Of a DNA stretch of 64,000 nucleotides, positions 19,030 to 30,626 are shown in pieces. The stretch is from a virus: positions 1-64,000 of the IMG/VR virus record IMGVR_UViG_3300048444_000173. The stretch is one strand, 5' to 3'. Both the position numbers and the translations under genes were made by a program. Below the pieces are notes generated by a model, which searched no databases, was not told where the DNA came from, and saw only the letters and a program-made list of their open reading frames with translations. Position 1 is the stretch's first letter, and each line of letters opens with the position of its first letter.

Positions 19030-20056
19030 TTATCCAGAATGGCTACCACAAGCTATTGAGCTATTAGATACAGGCATGAGTAAACGTGCTATTGCTCGTG
19101 AGCTAGATATTGGGCGTACATCCTGTCGTGAATGGTTGAGTAAGTTTGAGGATGGGTTGATTGGTGAGGTTCGTGTTGCCGAGCCTGTTGAGCCTAGAAT
19201 TGTAGAAGAAGTTACTGCAATCAATATCACCAAAGATGTTTACCCTATTGAAACGACAAAAGTGGTTGAACCTGACGTAACTCACTTAATGATACCTGAC
19301 ACGCAATGTAAACCAAATATTGACATGACTTATTTAGACGTGCTTGGGCAATATATTGTCGATAAGCAACCAGAGGTTATTGTTCATATTGGCGACCATG
19401 CTGATATGCCGTCCTTGTCCTCTTACGATAAAGGTAAACGTACTGCCGAAGGTAAACGAGTGCAGCATGATATTGAATCATCCATTGAGGGTATGAATCG
19501 TTTACTTAAACCCTTGCATGACTTACAACAGCAACAGTTAGAGCAATTTGGGCGAGTATTGTACAAGCCTAAGATGGTACTGACACTCGGTAATCACGAA
19601 CAGCGTATTGAACGTCACGTAGATGCTAACCCAGAGCTTCACGGTTTCTTATCTTACGATAGTTTACGCTATAAAGATATGGGGTGGGAGGTCTACGACT
19701 TCTTACAACCAGTAATCATAAATGGCGTGAGTTATGTGCATTACATGGCTAATCCTATGTCGGGCAAGCCATACGGCGGTCAGGCTATGAATGTGTTAAA
19801 GAATGTAGGCGAGTCATTCTGTATGGGACATAAGCAAACATTGGATATTGCCACACGTTTCTTACCCTCATCTGGCAAACAACAGTGGGCTATTATCGCT
19901 GGTGCATATTATGAGCATGAGGAAGCATATAAAGGTCATCAGGGTAATCACCATTGGCGTGGTATTGTTGTTAAGCACAATGTTCGTGACGGTACATTTA
20001 ACCCAATGTTTGTTAGCTTAGAATATTTGAAGAATCGTTATGGAAAAGAAATTTAA
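19019..20056 (+). CDS. Calcineurin-like metallophosphoesterase with N-terminal HTH
   Basis: PDTQ, GDH.D, GNHE, H, GH motifs; MSKRAIARELDI HTH. Confidence 0.8.
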   Translation: MLNNYPEWLPQAIELLDTGMSKRAIARELDIGRTSCREWLSKFEDGLIGEVRVAEPVEPRIVEEVTAINITKDVYPIETTKVVEPDVTHLMIPDTQCKPNIDMTYLDVLGQYIVDKQPEVIVHIGDHADMPSLSSYDKGKRTAEGKRVQHDIESSIEGMNRLLKPLHDLQQQQLEQFGRVLYKPKMVLTLGNHEQRIERHVDANPELHGFLSYDSLRYKDMGWEVYDFLQPVIINGVSYVHYMANPMSGKPYGGQAMNVLKNVGESFCMGHKQTLDIATRFLPSSGKQQWAIIAGAYYEHEEAYKGHQGNHHWRGIVVKHNVRDGTFNPMFVSLEYLKNRYGKEI

Positions 20057-20825
20057 TTACTTGAAGCGACTTAGGCATCACAATACAGACAAGCACGGAA
20101 GCTACTCTGTATATGAATGTTGTATTTGTGGTAATACAAAGACTATATGTGACTATAGCGTTAAGAGTGGCGCAACTAGGTCTTGTGGGTGCATGGCTAG
20201 ATTAATTCCAGTAAATGATTACACAGGTGAAATGGTCAATGGCGTCGAGATAATAGGTTACATTGGTAAATCTTTATGGCGTGTTAGGTTCTCCTGCGGT
20301 CACTATGGGGACGTCCAAATAGGCTTAGTTAAAAACAGGAAGAATCCAGAATGTAATCACTGCGTTAAAAGTAAGCTAGTAATCCAAAGAAACACCAAGC
20401 ATGGTTGTTGCAATAAAGGTAACTTAACTTATACATCTTGGCTATCAATGAGAAGGAGATGTTACGATAAGTCTAACAATAGGTATCAAGAATATGGAGC
20501 AAGGGGTATATCCGTATGTGAAGAATGGCGCAATGACTTTTCTAAATTCTTAGAGGATATGGGTGAGAGACCTAGTGTAAACTATTCTATTGACAGGATT
20601 GATACCAATGGTGACTACACACCAGAAAATTGCAAATGGTCTGATAGGGTAGAACAAGCAAATAACAAGCGCAATGTTAGGTTAATAACAAATGGCGCTG
20701 AGAGTAATAGTCTTATGTATTGGTGTAAACGACTCAACATTGACTACAAAAGGGCTTGGTATTTAACTAAAAATAAAGGTGTTGACATTAAAGAGGTGCT
20801 GGGTGAAAATTACAGATATGTTTAA
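20040..20825 (+). CDS. HNH-family homing endonuclease
   Basis: SW.SMRRRC, YGARGISVCEEW, SIDRID.NG.Y.PENCKW...QANN. Confidence 0.85.
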   Translation: MEKKFNYLKRLRHHNTDKHGSYSVYECCICGNTKTICDYSVKSGATRSCGCMARLIPVNDYTGEMVNGVEIIGYIGKSLWRVRFSCGHYGDVQIGLVKNRKNPECNHCVKSKLVIQRNTKHGCCNKGNLTYTSWLSMRRRCYDKSNNRYQEYGARGISVCEEWRNDFSKFLEDMGERPSVNYSIDRIDTNGDYTPENCKWSDRVEQANNKRNVRLITNGAESNSLMYWCKRLNIDYKRAWYLTKNKGVDIKEVLGENYRYV

Positions 20826-20872
20826 CAAACTAACAGTGTCTAACATATCTTCCCAACCTCAGAATAAAGGAG

Positions 20873-21055
20873 GTGGACTTGATTGAATTAAGATGTATAA
20901 TGGAAGCTGAAACTGGTGATGATTCTGTGACAAAATCATACAGTCGAAAGTTTCCGCAAGAACATATCACCAAAGAAGATTTGCGAGATTTCTTCAAACG
21001 TGCTGAGTTAGAATTTACAGGCGAAGAAGATGTTGACGAAGATTCTGGTGAATAG
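20873..21055 (+). CDS. Small acidic hypothetical protein
   Basis: ORF with RBS, followed by a terminator; start codon uncertain. Confidence 0.45.
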   Translation: MDLIELRCIMEAETGDDSVTKSYSRKFPQEHITKEDLRDFFKRAELEFTGEEDVDEDSGE

Positions 21056-21065
21056 TAGAATGAAC

Positions 21066-21091
21066 GCCGCTTGAGATACAGCGGCTTTTTT
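21066..21091 (+). terminator. Intrinsic terminator
   Basis: GCCGCT-8 nt-AGCGGC followed by T6. Confidence 0.6.
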
Positions 21092-21116
21092 GACAATGGA
21101 ATAGGAGAAGTAATTT

Positions 21117-22371
21117 ATGATTGAAACCGTTGTAAAGCGAGATGGAACAGAAGAAGCGTTTGATGCAGGTAAGCTAAATAAGTGGGCGGAGTTTGCAACA
21201 GAACAAGGCGGCGACTGGTCGGAGATTGCACGACAAACCTTTAAGAAATTACCAGCTAAATGTACGAGCAAAGACATTCACCAGACGATGATTGACGTAT
21301 GCTTATCTAAACAAACTATTGAATACAGCCGTGTAGCTTCACGCTTAGAGCTTGCTGAGCTACGTAAAGCGATGAATTATTTACTTAACATCGACCCGTT
21401 TGATAATTCATTCAAAGACATTATGCAAACTTATGAGGACTTAAATATATGGGATAGTGGCGTTATGCCTGAATATAACCCAGAGTGGGAGAACTGGTAT
21501 AATGAATTGAAAGAATATCGTATGGAGTTTTGGCGTATAAAACAGTGGACGGATAAGTATTCACAGCAACTTGATGATAACCCTGTTGAGACTCCTGCAC
21601 TTGGTTATATGGGTATCGCTCTAGCGTTATTTGGCGACTCTGAGAAGGCTTATGAATTTGCTAAGGGTCTTACACTCGGTAAGATTAGTTTGCCTACTCC
21701 TGCTCTTAATGGTTTACGTAATGGTGATTGGGACACAATCTCTTGTTGTGTTATTTCAGCAGATGATACAACTGAAAGTATTGGTGTGGCTAATTGGATC
21801 GCATATCGTATGACAGCTAAAAAGGCTGGCATTGGTATTGAATATACAACTCGCTCTAAAGGAGATAACGTCAAAGGTGGTCGAGTCAAACACTTAGGTA
21901 AACACCCTATTTATAAATGCTTAGACCGTGAGGTTAAGGTACTGACTCAGATTACTCGTGGTGGTAATGCAACAGTTACGGCATTAGCTATCGACCCAGA
22001 AATTGAGGATATTATCTTATGGCGTTCACAGCGTAAAGACATCGAGACTCGTATTGATAAGTTGGATAATGAATTTGGTTATAATGATGCGTTTGTTGAT
22101 GCTGTTGTAGGTAATAAGGATTGGCACTTATTTAGTTATGGTGATGCGCCAGACGTTTACAAAGCATTTTATAAGGCTAACGTAGAGGACTATAACAAGG
22201 TTGTTGATGAGCATATTAAACGGGGAGTTAAGCACAAAACTGTTAAAGCTCGTGATTTACTTAAAACATTTTTAACTGTGCGTCAAGAAACTGGTCGATT
22301 TTATGACAACAACTTAACCCGAACTAATACGCATACGCCTTTTATTGATACAATTAAGCAAAGCAATCTGT
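21117..22371 (+). CDS. nrdA: Ribonucleotide reductase class I alpha subunit, exon 1
   Basis: ATP cone (VVKRDG), PTP, SCC, GIG; ends QSNL-T at the intron. Confidence 0.92.
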
Positions 22372-22619
22372 AAAATAGTGCAGCCCTATTTAGGAATAGA
22401 TAGGTGAAGAATCCTGTGAATTGCTGGAAACCTAAACGTGTTATGACGTAGGCAATCAGCAGCTAAGCTTGGAACATAGTTCCTTGAAAGTTCAGAGGTC
22501 ATCTCGCAAGAGAGTAGGAGTCAAGTGATTCCGAAGCGCAGGACAACCAGAACGGTTGATGATATGATCCGACACCCGTTGAAAAGCGGGAGAGACGTAA
22601 CGAATCTCGTAACAGTGTG
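22372..22619 (+). mobile_element. Group I intron without ORF (248 nt) in nrdA
   Basis: P GAATTGCTGGAAA, Q AATCAGCAG, R GTTCAGAGGTCA, S GATATGATCC; 5' exon U pairs with G in P1; terminal G; splicing restores NLCEEICLP. Confidence 0.9.
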
Positions 22620-23623
22620 GCGAAGAAATTTGCTTACCAACAAAAGGTTATAAGTCAATGCAAGACCTTTATTCCCCAGAGAGTGAAGGTGAAACAGCAT
22701 TCTGTAGCTTGTCTGCTATCAACGTTGCTAACGTAGCCTTAGATGAGTACGAGCGTGTTGCAGAGCTAGTATTAGAAGCTGTAGATATTATGATTGATAA
22801 TGCCCCAATGATGACAGAATCAATGAAAGCGGATATTATGCGTAGGCGTAGTGTTGGAGTCGGTATCACTGGACTAGCAAGTGCTATGTATAGTAATGGT
22901 TACGATTATGATGGGAGTGACGAGTCCTTAGAGTTTGTGCAAAAAATAGCTGAACACCATTATTTCTATTTACTAAAAGCTAGTCAGAAATTATCTGAAC
23001 GTGATGGTTTTTGTGTAGAAGGTGTGAACTTAGATTGGCTACCAGTCGATACTGCTATAAGTAATTCTATAACAAATTTAGATTGGGAATCGTTGCGAGG
23101 GAAACCACGCAAGCACAGCGTACTTGTCGCTAATATGCCTACTGAGAGCAGTAGTCTTTTGAGTGGCAAAACCAATTCGTTGTACCCTGTGCGTAAGAAA
23201 GTCATCAATAAACGTAGTCGAAAAGGGCTGGTGCAATTCATTTGTCAGGAATTTGACCCAGATAAACATTTAAGTGCTTGGGATGTTGATAATATTACTT
23301 TATCCAAGTACTATTCACACATTCAGGATTTCACTGACCAAGCGATTAGTGCTGACTTCTACTTTAATCCTATGAAGTACGAGGATGAAAAAGCACCATT
23401 GTCAGTCCTGATGAAAGAGTGGGTTGCTCATGCTAAACTGGGTAACAAAACTAAGTATTACCTTAACACGAACGATGACAACGGTGGTTCTTTCCAAGAC
23501 CAGACCAAAAAATCTAAAGGGGTCGAGTCTTACCTTTCGCCAGAAAAACCAATTAAGGAGATCGTCAACGGTCTTGAGGTGGAAGCAGAAGAAGATGGTT
23601 GTCAGGGCGGTTGTAAATTATAA
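22620..23623 (+). CDS. nrdA: Ribonucleotide reductase alpha subunit, exon 2
   Basis: CSLSAIN, R.VGVG..GLA, MPTESSS, DQAIS, K.KYY, C-terminal CQGGC. Confidence 0.92.
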
Positions 23624-23634
23624 GGAGTGAAAAT

Positions 23635-24708
23635 ATGACAGTATTTAATGCAAACAACAAAGGTTTTGAAACTAAGAAATATCCTCTCTTTTTCGGAGAG
23701 GAGCTTGGTTTATTTGATACGGTAAATGTTGCTTACCCAGAGGTTGATAAGCTATACCATCAACAAATGAGCCAGATTTGGAATCATGCGGAGGTGTCAC
23801 TAGACCAAGACAAGATGGATATGCAACGTCTGCCAAATGAAGTTGTTGACTTAATGGTTAAAACATTGAGCTGGCAACACTTGGCTGATTCTGTTGCGGC
23901 ACAATCAATCAGTACCCTATTGCTGCCCCATTGTACGAATAGTGAACTTGAAGCCATGTTGACAGCACAGAGTTTGTTTGAGTGCATTCATGCCATGACC
24001 TATTCCCATATAGTTCAGCAGACGTTTTCTGATCCAAATAAAATGCTCAAAGATACCTATGAAAACACACATACACTCATTCGTTCACAAGCTATAGTTA
24101 AGGCGTTTGATGATGTCCAAGCATTACCTCAAGATGCTGACATTGAGGAAAAGCGTAAGGTTCTTATGAAAGCCTTTGTTGCGCTATTTGCACTAGAAGG
24201 TATTGCCTTTATGTCGTCCTTTGCTGTGACATTTGCTATTGCGGAGACGGATGTGTTTCAAGGGATTGGTGCATTGGTTGCGCTCGTATGCCGTGATGAG
24301 GTCCTTCATACAAGAATGGACTATACTGTTCTTGACTATATGCTTAAAGACTCTGACTGGCAAACAGCCTTGAGCGAGAGCAAGGATGAAATTAAACAGA
24401 TATTGGATGACGTTACACAACAGGAGTTAGACTGGTCTGAGTATTTATTCAGCGAAGGTCGCCAAGTAGTGGGGTTAAATGAAACCTTACTAAAAGAATA
24501 TGTTCAATTTATGGCTAAACCTATCTACGACTTCTTAGGCGTGGAATATAAATTTGAAAATATTGCAGAAAATCCTTTACCTTATATGGAAAAGTATGTT
24601 GACCCTAGCCAGATGCAATCAGCCGCTCAGGAGATAAACATTACGTCCTACAAGGTTGGTTCAATTAAGGACGACACAACCGACCTAGACTTGGACTTTG
24701 ACCTTTAA
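23635..24708 (+). CDS. nrdB: Ribonucleotide reductase class Ia beta subunit
   Basis: W...E, D, E.IH..TY, EG..F.SSF, RDE.LH, QE....Y. Confidence 0.93.
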   Translation: MTVFNANNKGFETKKYPLFFGEELGLFDTVNVAYPEVDKLYHQQMSQIWNHAEVSLDQDKMDMQRLPNEVVDLMVKTLSWQHLADSVAAQSISTLLLPHCTNSELEAMLTAQSLFECIHAMTYSHIVQQTFSDPNKMLKDTYENTHTLIRSQAIVKAFDDVQALPQDADIEEKRKVLMKAFVALFALEGIAFMSSFAVTFAIAETDVFQGIGALVALVCRDEVLHTRMDYTVLDYMLKDSDWQTALSESKDEIKQILDDVTQQELDWSEYLFSEGRQVVGLNETLLKEYVQFMAKPIYDFLGVEYKFENIAENPLPYMEKYVDPSQMQSAAQEINITSYKVGSIKDDTTDLDLDFDL

Positions 24709-24717
24709 CCCAAACAC

Positions 24718-24743
24718 AAGCCCCTTAATTGGGGCTTTCTTTT
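24718..24743 (+). terminator. Intrinsic terminator after nrdB
   Basis: AAGCCCC-TTAATT-GGGGCTT followed by TCTTTT. Confidence 0.75.
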
Positions 24744-24807
24744 GCCCATATTCCATTCCGTTATAACTTGCCCCAATTTCCTGCCTAAATTATTCTAAGC
24801 AAAATAC

Positions 24808-24836
24808 TTGTAACCTTAATCTTATTCCTCTAATAT
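24808..24836 (+). promoter_or_regulatory. Sigma70-type early promoter
   Basis: TTGTAA-17 bp-TAATAT with an upstream TTCTAA motif. Confidence 0.5.
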
Positions 24837-24867
24837 TAGTCATGTAATCACAACGGAGGAATAACTT

Positions 24868-25164
24868 ATGAAAACTATCACACGAGAACAAGCGGCTAAA
24901 TTAATTCGCTCAATTAAAGGCAATAGAGCATTCTCAGTTGAGTTCACTAAGAAGGACGGTTCGTTGCGACACATGAATGCCATTATTAAATGCACCAAAC
25001 ACCTTGCAGGAGGTAAGTCCACAATATCTCATAAGGATAATCTTATCGGGTGTTATGATATGCAAGCTGGTAAACAAGACAAGGGTAAAGGGTATCGCTG
25101 CATAAACATCGACACACTTAAAAAGGTGAAAGTTGGTGGCGTAGAATATCAGGTACAGGGTTAA
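24868..25164 (+). CDS. SH3 / WYL_2-like small protein
   Basis: FSVEFTKKDGSLR.M...YR.I motif. Confidence 0.55.
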   Translation: MKTITREQAAKLIRSIKGNRAFSVEFTKKDGSLRHMNAIIKCTKHLAGGKSTISHKDNLIGCYDMQAGKQDKGKGYRCINIDTLKKVKVGGVEYQVQG

Positions 25165-25179
25165 TAGGAGGAATTATTT

Positions 25180-27309
25180 ATGAGTAACAATGGAACAATT
25201 AAATTGTACTATAACAACGAGAATATGGTTTTGAGTGGATTCATTATGCAAACTGACAAAGAGTTTTACAACGAAGATGAACGTGCAAAATCTATCACAA
25301 TCAATTACAGCGACGGTTCGGGCTATACAATCAAGACAGAAGGTTATGCTCAAATTACTCGTGTGAATGATAAGCGTGAGTATAAATTGCACATTGACTA
25401 TTTGCGTAAACCTGCTACAGTGAAGTCTAGTGCTGATTATCTGGTCAAAGAGCTTGAGTCAGTTAAGGAGCGCGTAGAGTTGAAGCTGAAAGATGTTAAG
25501 AGTATGAGTGTGCGTGAGGATGACCGCACAATTACTTTGACTAAGTTTAAGTAGGAGGAATAAATTATGCGAAATATTGAAGCAATTAATCAAGTGCTAA
25601 AAGTTGTTGATGAAAACCGCGAGGAATTATTGAAAGGTTATCACGCTCAAGATGCTATTCAAAAGTTAATTCTGGAAAAAGAGTTGGCTGAATTAGAGCA
25701 ATTATTCCAAGTTGAAATCAAAGATGGCTACAACACTGATTGGATCGACATGGGTGATAATCAGCGCATCGGGTTATTCTTTGGTAATACTGGTCGTAAT
25801 ATTTCTTGGCCTGACGCTGACTATAATTTATCCGAAGAGGAGTATGTATATGTCGTTAGCTTCCCTACTGGTGCGTATATCTTTGGTGGATACATGGATG
25901 ATAAATATCCTGTCAAAACTTTCAGTAAATTCTTTAACGAATTGAAGGCGCTAGGTGCTAAGTATGTTGACAGCCATAATCACTGCTTGTATTTTCCGCC
26001 AGAAAAAGCTAAACTTGTTCGTGATAAGTATACTGAACTATTCAACAAGTACAAAAGTCAGGTTGAAGATGAGATGAAGGAACAACGCAAGCAAAAGTTA
26101 CAGGAAGAACTTGATAAATTAAACTCGGAGGACTAATCATGCGGGTAGTAATGATGACAATTAAGGACAAAATTGATAAAGCTATTGACGAAAATGGTAA
26201 AGATATTTTTCGTATTGAGTTGACTAATAGTGAATTTGCTGATTTTATCTACAGCGGAGTATCACCAGAGTTATATCGTACAAGCATTGTATTTAATGGT
26301 GCTGAGAATGGATATTCTGGTTCTCACGTAATGTACCGTGACGTATGTGTTCAAACGCATCATTCTTACACAGAATAAGGGAGGAATAACTATGCCAAAC
26401 GAATTTGACCAATTATCATGTGTAGACGCTTTACGTAAAGAATGTGAGAACCTACTAGCACAAGTACGTTTTCACCAGCGTCAGGAACAAGAGCTACGTA
26501 GGCAATTATATGAGGCTAAATTAGAGAGCCTGACGCAAGCATACGACGACTTATTCTTCTACATTGACCCATTCTCAGGGTCTAGGAAAGTAATGCCCGT
26601 GGCGCTCTCTTATGAGGACTTTTACGACTATATTCAGCGTGTGAATGTGGAGGGGTAATTTGTGAAATACATTCGTAAGTATTTACCAGAAGTCACTGTG
26701 ATAGAGCGCATAGAAGATACCGATGACCTGAGTGGTGTTGTTAAATACATTAACGAATTTGGTTCGGTTTGTGTTATGCTGACTAAACACTTTGACGAAT
26801 TGTATGAACAGAAGGTGGAGGGATAACTTGTGAAAGATAAACACGACAAAGTTACTATGGAAATGGATTTGGAGGAGAATGTTATGACGACTATCAGCAA
26901 AGAAAATACCAAAATGGAATCTACAAATGACTTCCTCAAAAAGTTAATACTGATGATGGTTTCGGAAGAATTGGCTATAGACTTCGACCATGAATCAGAA
27001 CAGTGTTATTTGATGCAAGTTGAGGTAGGTGAGTTCGATAATTGCCGAGAATATGGTTACACTTATCGCGTAGTCAATGGTGAACAAGATATTACCTTCT
27101 GTGTGTATGAACATCGTAACTCAGACGCTATTATTATCAATGGTTGTCGCACAAAAGATATGAAAGAACATGGTCCGTACAATGGGGAGTCTAAGTATGA
27201 TTTCTTATTCGGATTCCGTTATAATCAACACCAAGATTGTGCAGACAAATTAGCAGATTGTTTGCGTGAATGTTATTTGGGTAAGTTTGATGAGGGAGTT
27301 TTGTTATAG
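25180..27309 (+). CDS. Cluster of six hypothetical early genes (25180-25554, 25567-26136, 26139-26378, about 26392-26658, 26662-26826, 26830-27309)
   Basis: Co-oriented ORFs with GGAGG-type RBSs; no recognised function. Confidence 0.55.
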
Positions 27310-27317
27310 GGGTTATT

Positions 27318-28331
27318 ATGGCTAAAGCATTAACTATAGAAGAAATTAAAAATAGAATAGAAGGTATATTCGGAGATAAGTATGATTTATCTTCTATTCA
27401 TTTTGATCCTGAAAACAAAAGGAAAGTGGTTATTCAATGTAGGAAGCATGGTGTGTATAAACCATATATAGTTAATATATTTAGAGGTCATGGTTGTAAG
27501 GAATGTGATAACGAGCTAAGAAGGATAAAATTTGCGGAGGGGTGTGGTATGTTGGATGGACAACCTCTTTCTAAAGTGTTTGAACAGTCATACTCCAGAT
27601 GTAAGTTTTTGAAGATAGACAACACAAAAATGATTCATTATTTTTGCCCACACAGGGGTTTCTCTCAAATCACAAGACAGTCTTTCATGGGACAAAGAAA
27701 ACGTATTTATGATTGTTGCCCTATTTGCGACCAAAAAGAAAATTACAGAAAGAAGCATGAGCGATTGTTCATTCAGAATGCTACAAAAATACACAGCGGT
27801 AAATATAGCTATGAAAATGTAAAATACATCGAGGCAAAGAGAAAAGTTGAGATAATTTGCCCTAAGCATGGTTCATTCTGGCAAAGACCTAACGATCACA
27901 CATCTGACAAAAATGGATGTCCTGAGTGTCATGCTGAGAAGTTGCCGTATGACTATGATAGTCGGGTTAACTTAGCTAAATGGAAGAACGCCTTACTTTA
28001 TGCTTTAGTTATAAAATATGAAGGCGGTAAATGTGTGAAAGTTGGTGTAAGTGTGGATATTGAAAAGAGAATGACAGAGTTAACGTCCGATATAATCAGG
28101 CTGAATGTTGAGCAAGGTAATAAAGATGAAGTAACTGCAACTCTTGTCAGGGGTTATGTACATGATGTAAAAACTGCTTACAGAAGTGAGAGAAGGTTAC
28201 ATACTAAGTTAAAGGACTTTAAATATAAACCAGAGGTTAAGTTTGGCGGTCATTCAGAGTGCTATAGGTTTGATGAATTAGATCAAATTTTAAAGCTAAT
28301 GGATGAGTTCCATTTTGAAGTAAATGGTTGA
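27318..28331 (+). CDS. Putative homing endonuclease (DUF723-like plus GIY-YIG-like)
   Basis: IQCRKHG, IICPKHGSFWQRPNDH...GCPEC, LY...VKVGVS...FGGHSECY. Confidence 0.72.
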   Translation: MAKALTIEEIKNRIEGIFGDKYDLSSIHFDPENKRKVVIQCRKHGVYKPYIVNIFRGHGCKECDNELRRIKFAEGCGMLDGQPLSKVFEQSYSRCKFLKIDNTKMIHYFCPHRGFSQITRQSFMGQRKRIYDCCPICDQKENYRKKHERLFIQNATKIHSGKYSYENVKYIEAKRKVEIICPKHGSFWQRPNDHTSDKNGCPECHAEKLPYDYDSRVNLAKWKNALLYALVIKYEGGKCVKVGVSVDIEKRMTELTSDIIRLNVEQGNKDEVTATLVRGYVHDVKTAYRSERRLHTKLKDFKYKPEVKFGGHSECYRFDELDQILKLMDEFHFEVNG

Positions 28332-28435
28332 CACAGCGTAACTACCGTGTAGAATCTACGGTGAGTGATTTCCGCAACACTTCGTTCAGAAAGTCGGATA
28401 AGGTTACGGAAGAAGTTATTGTGACTAATTATTAA
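28322..28435 (+). pseudogene. 3' remnant of a Dam/D12-type DNA adenine methyltransferase
   Basis: Start-less frame KWLTQRNYRVESTVSDFRNTSFRKSDKVTEEVIVTNY* resembles the EVLITNY* C-terminus of that family. Confidence 0.5.
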
Positions 28436-28447
28436 TGGAGGATTGAT

Positions 28448-28660
28448 ATGCCAAAGTTATCCCAACCACATTTCTTGCAACTATTATCTGTCGTAAACTC
28501 TTTCCACAAACGCTCACCAGAGCTAACATGGTCACAAGCGTTTATGAAAGTGTATCGTGCCACAGTAGATAAAGGCGCAAGTAATCCTCGCCTATTATCC
28601 GTAGCAAGCCCGTCTGACGCATTTGATATTGCAAGGGAGATGTATTGTGAAGCTGAATGA
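28448..28660 (+). CDS. Hypothetical protein
   Basis: RBS GGAGGA. Confidence 0.55.
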   Translation: MPKLSQPHFLQLLSVVNSFHKRSPELTWSQAFMKVYRATVDKGASNPRLLSVASPSDAFDIAREMYCEAE

Positions 28661-28683
28661 GATTTATCTTGAGAAAGTATATG

Positions 28684-28751
28684 CTTATAACAATTTGTTC
28701 TAATAAATTTAGCCCGTATTTATTGACGGGGTTTTCTTTATCCGCTATTCT
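28684..28751 (+). promoter_or_regulatory. Terminator/promoter cassette, copy 1
   Basis: CTTATAAC..TTCTAA; hairpin GCCCGT/ACGGGG plus T run overlapping TTGACG-17 bp-TATTCT. Confidence 0.7.
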
Positions 28752-28786
28752 GTCACTATATCGTTAACAAAGAGAGGACAAAGATT

Positions 28787-30622
28787 ATGCTAAAAACTTA
28801 CATAGTAAATTATTCAGGATTATGGCTAGGCGGCACAGCTATTGTCCGAGCAGAGTCAGAGCAAGAAGCTATTGAAGAAGTACGTTCACATCGCTTTACA
28901 ACGAATTTCACTCATGTAGACTGCCAAGAAATTAAAATTAAGCGTGGTGTTATCTACAACGACAACGGCGACTATTAAGGAGAATTTTTATGACTAAATA
29001 TAGCAACCCAAAATCATTACCCGATCCAGTTGGAATGTTTGAACCACCATTATCGGAAGAAGTACCTGCTGAGTGGATTGAGGATAACAAAGGCGAAATT
29101 ATTGACGTACTCATTGACAAAGGTTTCCATGAAGAATTGATTGAGTGGTATGTGGACGAGTTCTATGACGATATGGAATGTCAAGATGAGGTGATGAATG
29201 GTCTTATCTATGATATTGCTCGAACTTACACGCTAGATAATCCGCTATTGGATTTGTCAGAGATTGTTGGCGAGTATTATGACGAAATTGAGAAGAAGTT
29301 AATGCTACATAAGCGTACAATCACTGGACATTTCCTTAACGAACATATTATTGGAGCAGAGCATTTGCCAGAGTTTGTTGGTACAATGATTGACCCAACG
29401 ATTGACGAAGTGTATGCTGAATATGTTGAAGAGTGTGAGCTTAATGATGCTATTGACTAAAGACAGCATCAAAGCAGAGTGTCAAGGACTACCCCGAAAA
29501 GATTTGGCGTATCTCCTTGACATAGGTAACGACCGTATTATAGAGTTAGAACGTGAGCTTGAATATTTGAAGCAACGTAGAGATTATATTCGTGAATTGA
29601 TTAAGGAGAAAAGGTATGAGTGAATTTAAAACTGGAGTTTGTTATGTATACAATGGTGTCAACGGTAGCCATTACCACTTTAAGCATGGTGACACATTCT
29701 TTGTCACTAAGAGGCAGTGTGCTGGTAATTGGGTAACAACTTGTGGACACGAAATAGCAGAACAAAGGCTTCTCAATGGTACTGTTAAAGAGCTTAATGA
29801 ATATAAAACAGGGCGAAAGTTTGGTAAAAGTAATTTGAAAGATGGGTATAAGGTTAAACTTCGCAGCGGAGTTGAAAACCTTGTTATCAATGGGTGTTTA
29901 TGGAGAGGTGACAACACATACAAATCAAACCGTTTTGGTATTGACAAGAATTATAGCGATGATTTATACAAGGGTAGGGGTTGTTATTCTAAAAGCGACC
30001 CAGATGATATTATGAAAGTTTATGACAACGAGAATCGTCTGGTATTCCAACGCGAAGATGAAGCCAAAGAGGTTACGCTTAAATTAACACAGGCTCAAAT
30101 TGATAGCCTAAAAGAACAGGGAGTAATTTAATCATGAAAGTTACACCAGAATACTTACTTGGCTATAAAGCCGCTAAAGATTCGTACGTACTCTTGTCCG
30201 AGAACTATGAGCATGTAGAGCAAGAAGATGTATTGGACGAGATTTATGAGAGCTATGTGCCGTATATGTTGAATGAGATGGGAGAATAAATTATGGGTAA
30301 TATTTCTGAACAACGTCTGCGTCAATTAGAAAGAGCAGAACGTAAACTAAATGCACTTGAGTCAGGTGGTGTGGATAATTGGGAGTGGTACAGTGAATCC
30401 CTCAAGGATTATTTTAAGGAGGAAGAATTAGCAGAACTGCTTGATGATTCTACCCAACAACTTGAGGAAGATCTTTTTAGCGAACCCGATTTTTGGAATG
30501 TGGAGATACCAAGTGTACGAGAAGCAGGTTACAGTGTGTATTTAACAGAAGATGGTCAGAAATTCCTGCGTCAATACTTAGAATCTTTCAAGAGCAAAAT
30601 TGATGAACTGAATAAGAACTAA
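28787..30622 (+). CDS. Early hypothetical genes (28787-28978, acidic 28990-29460, about 29444-29623, 29616-30131, about 30134-30289, 30293-30622)
   Basis: Coupled ORFs with RBSs; the last has the recurrent GVDNWEWY motif. Confidence 0.55.
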
Positions 30623-30626
30623 GATT

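Noticed and set aside
22372-22657. nrdA as a pseudogene or naturally split two-gene enzyme
   Set aside because: The gap has group I intron core elements and exact removal restores the catalytic motif in frame.
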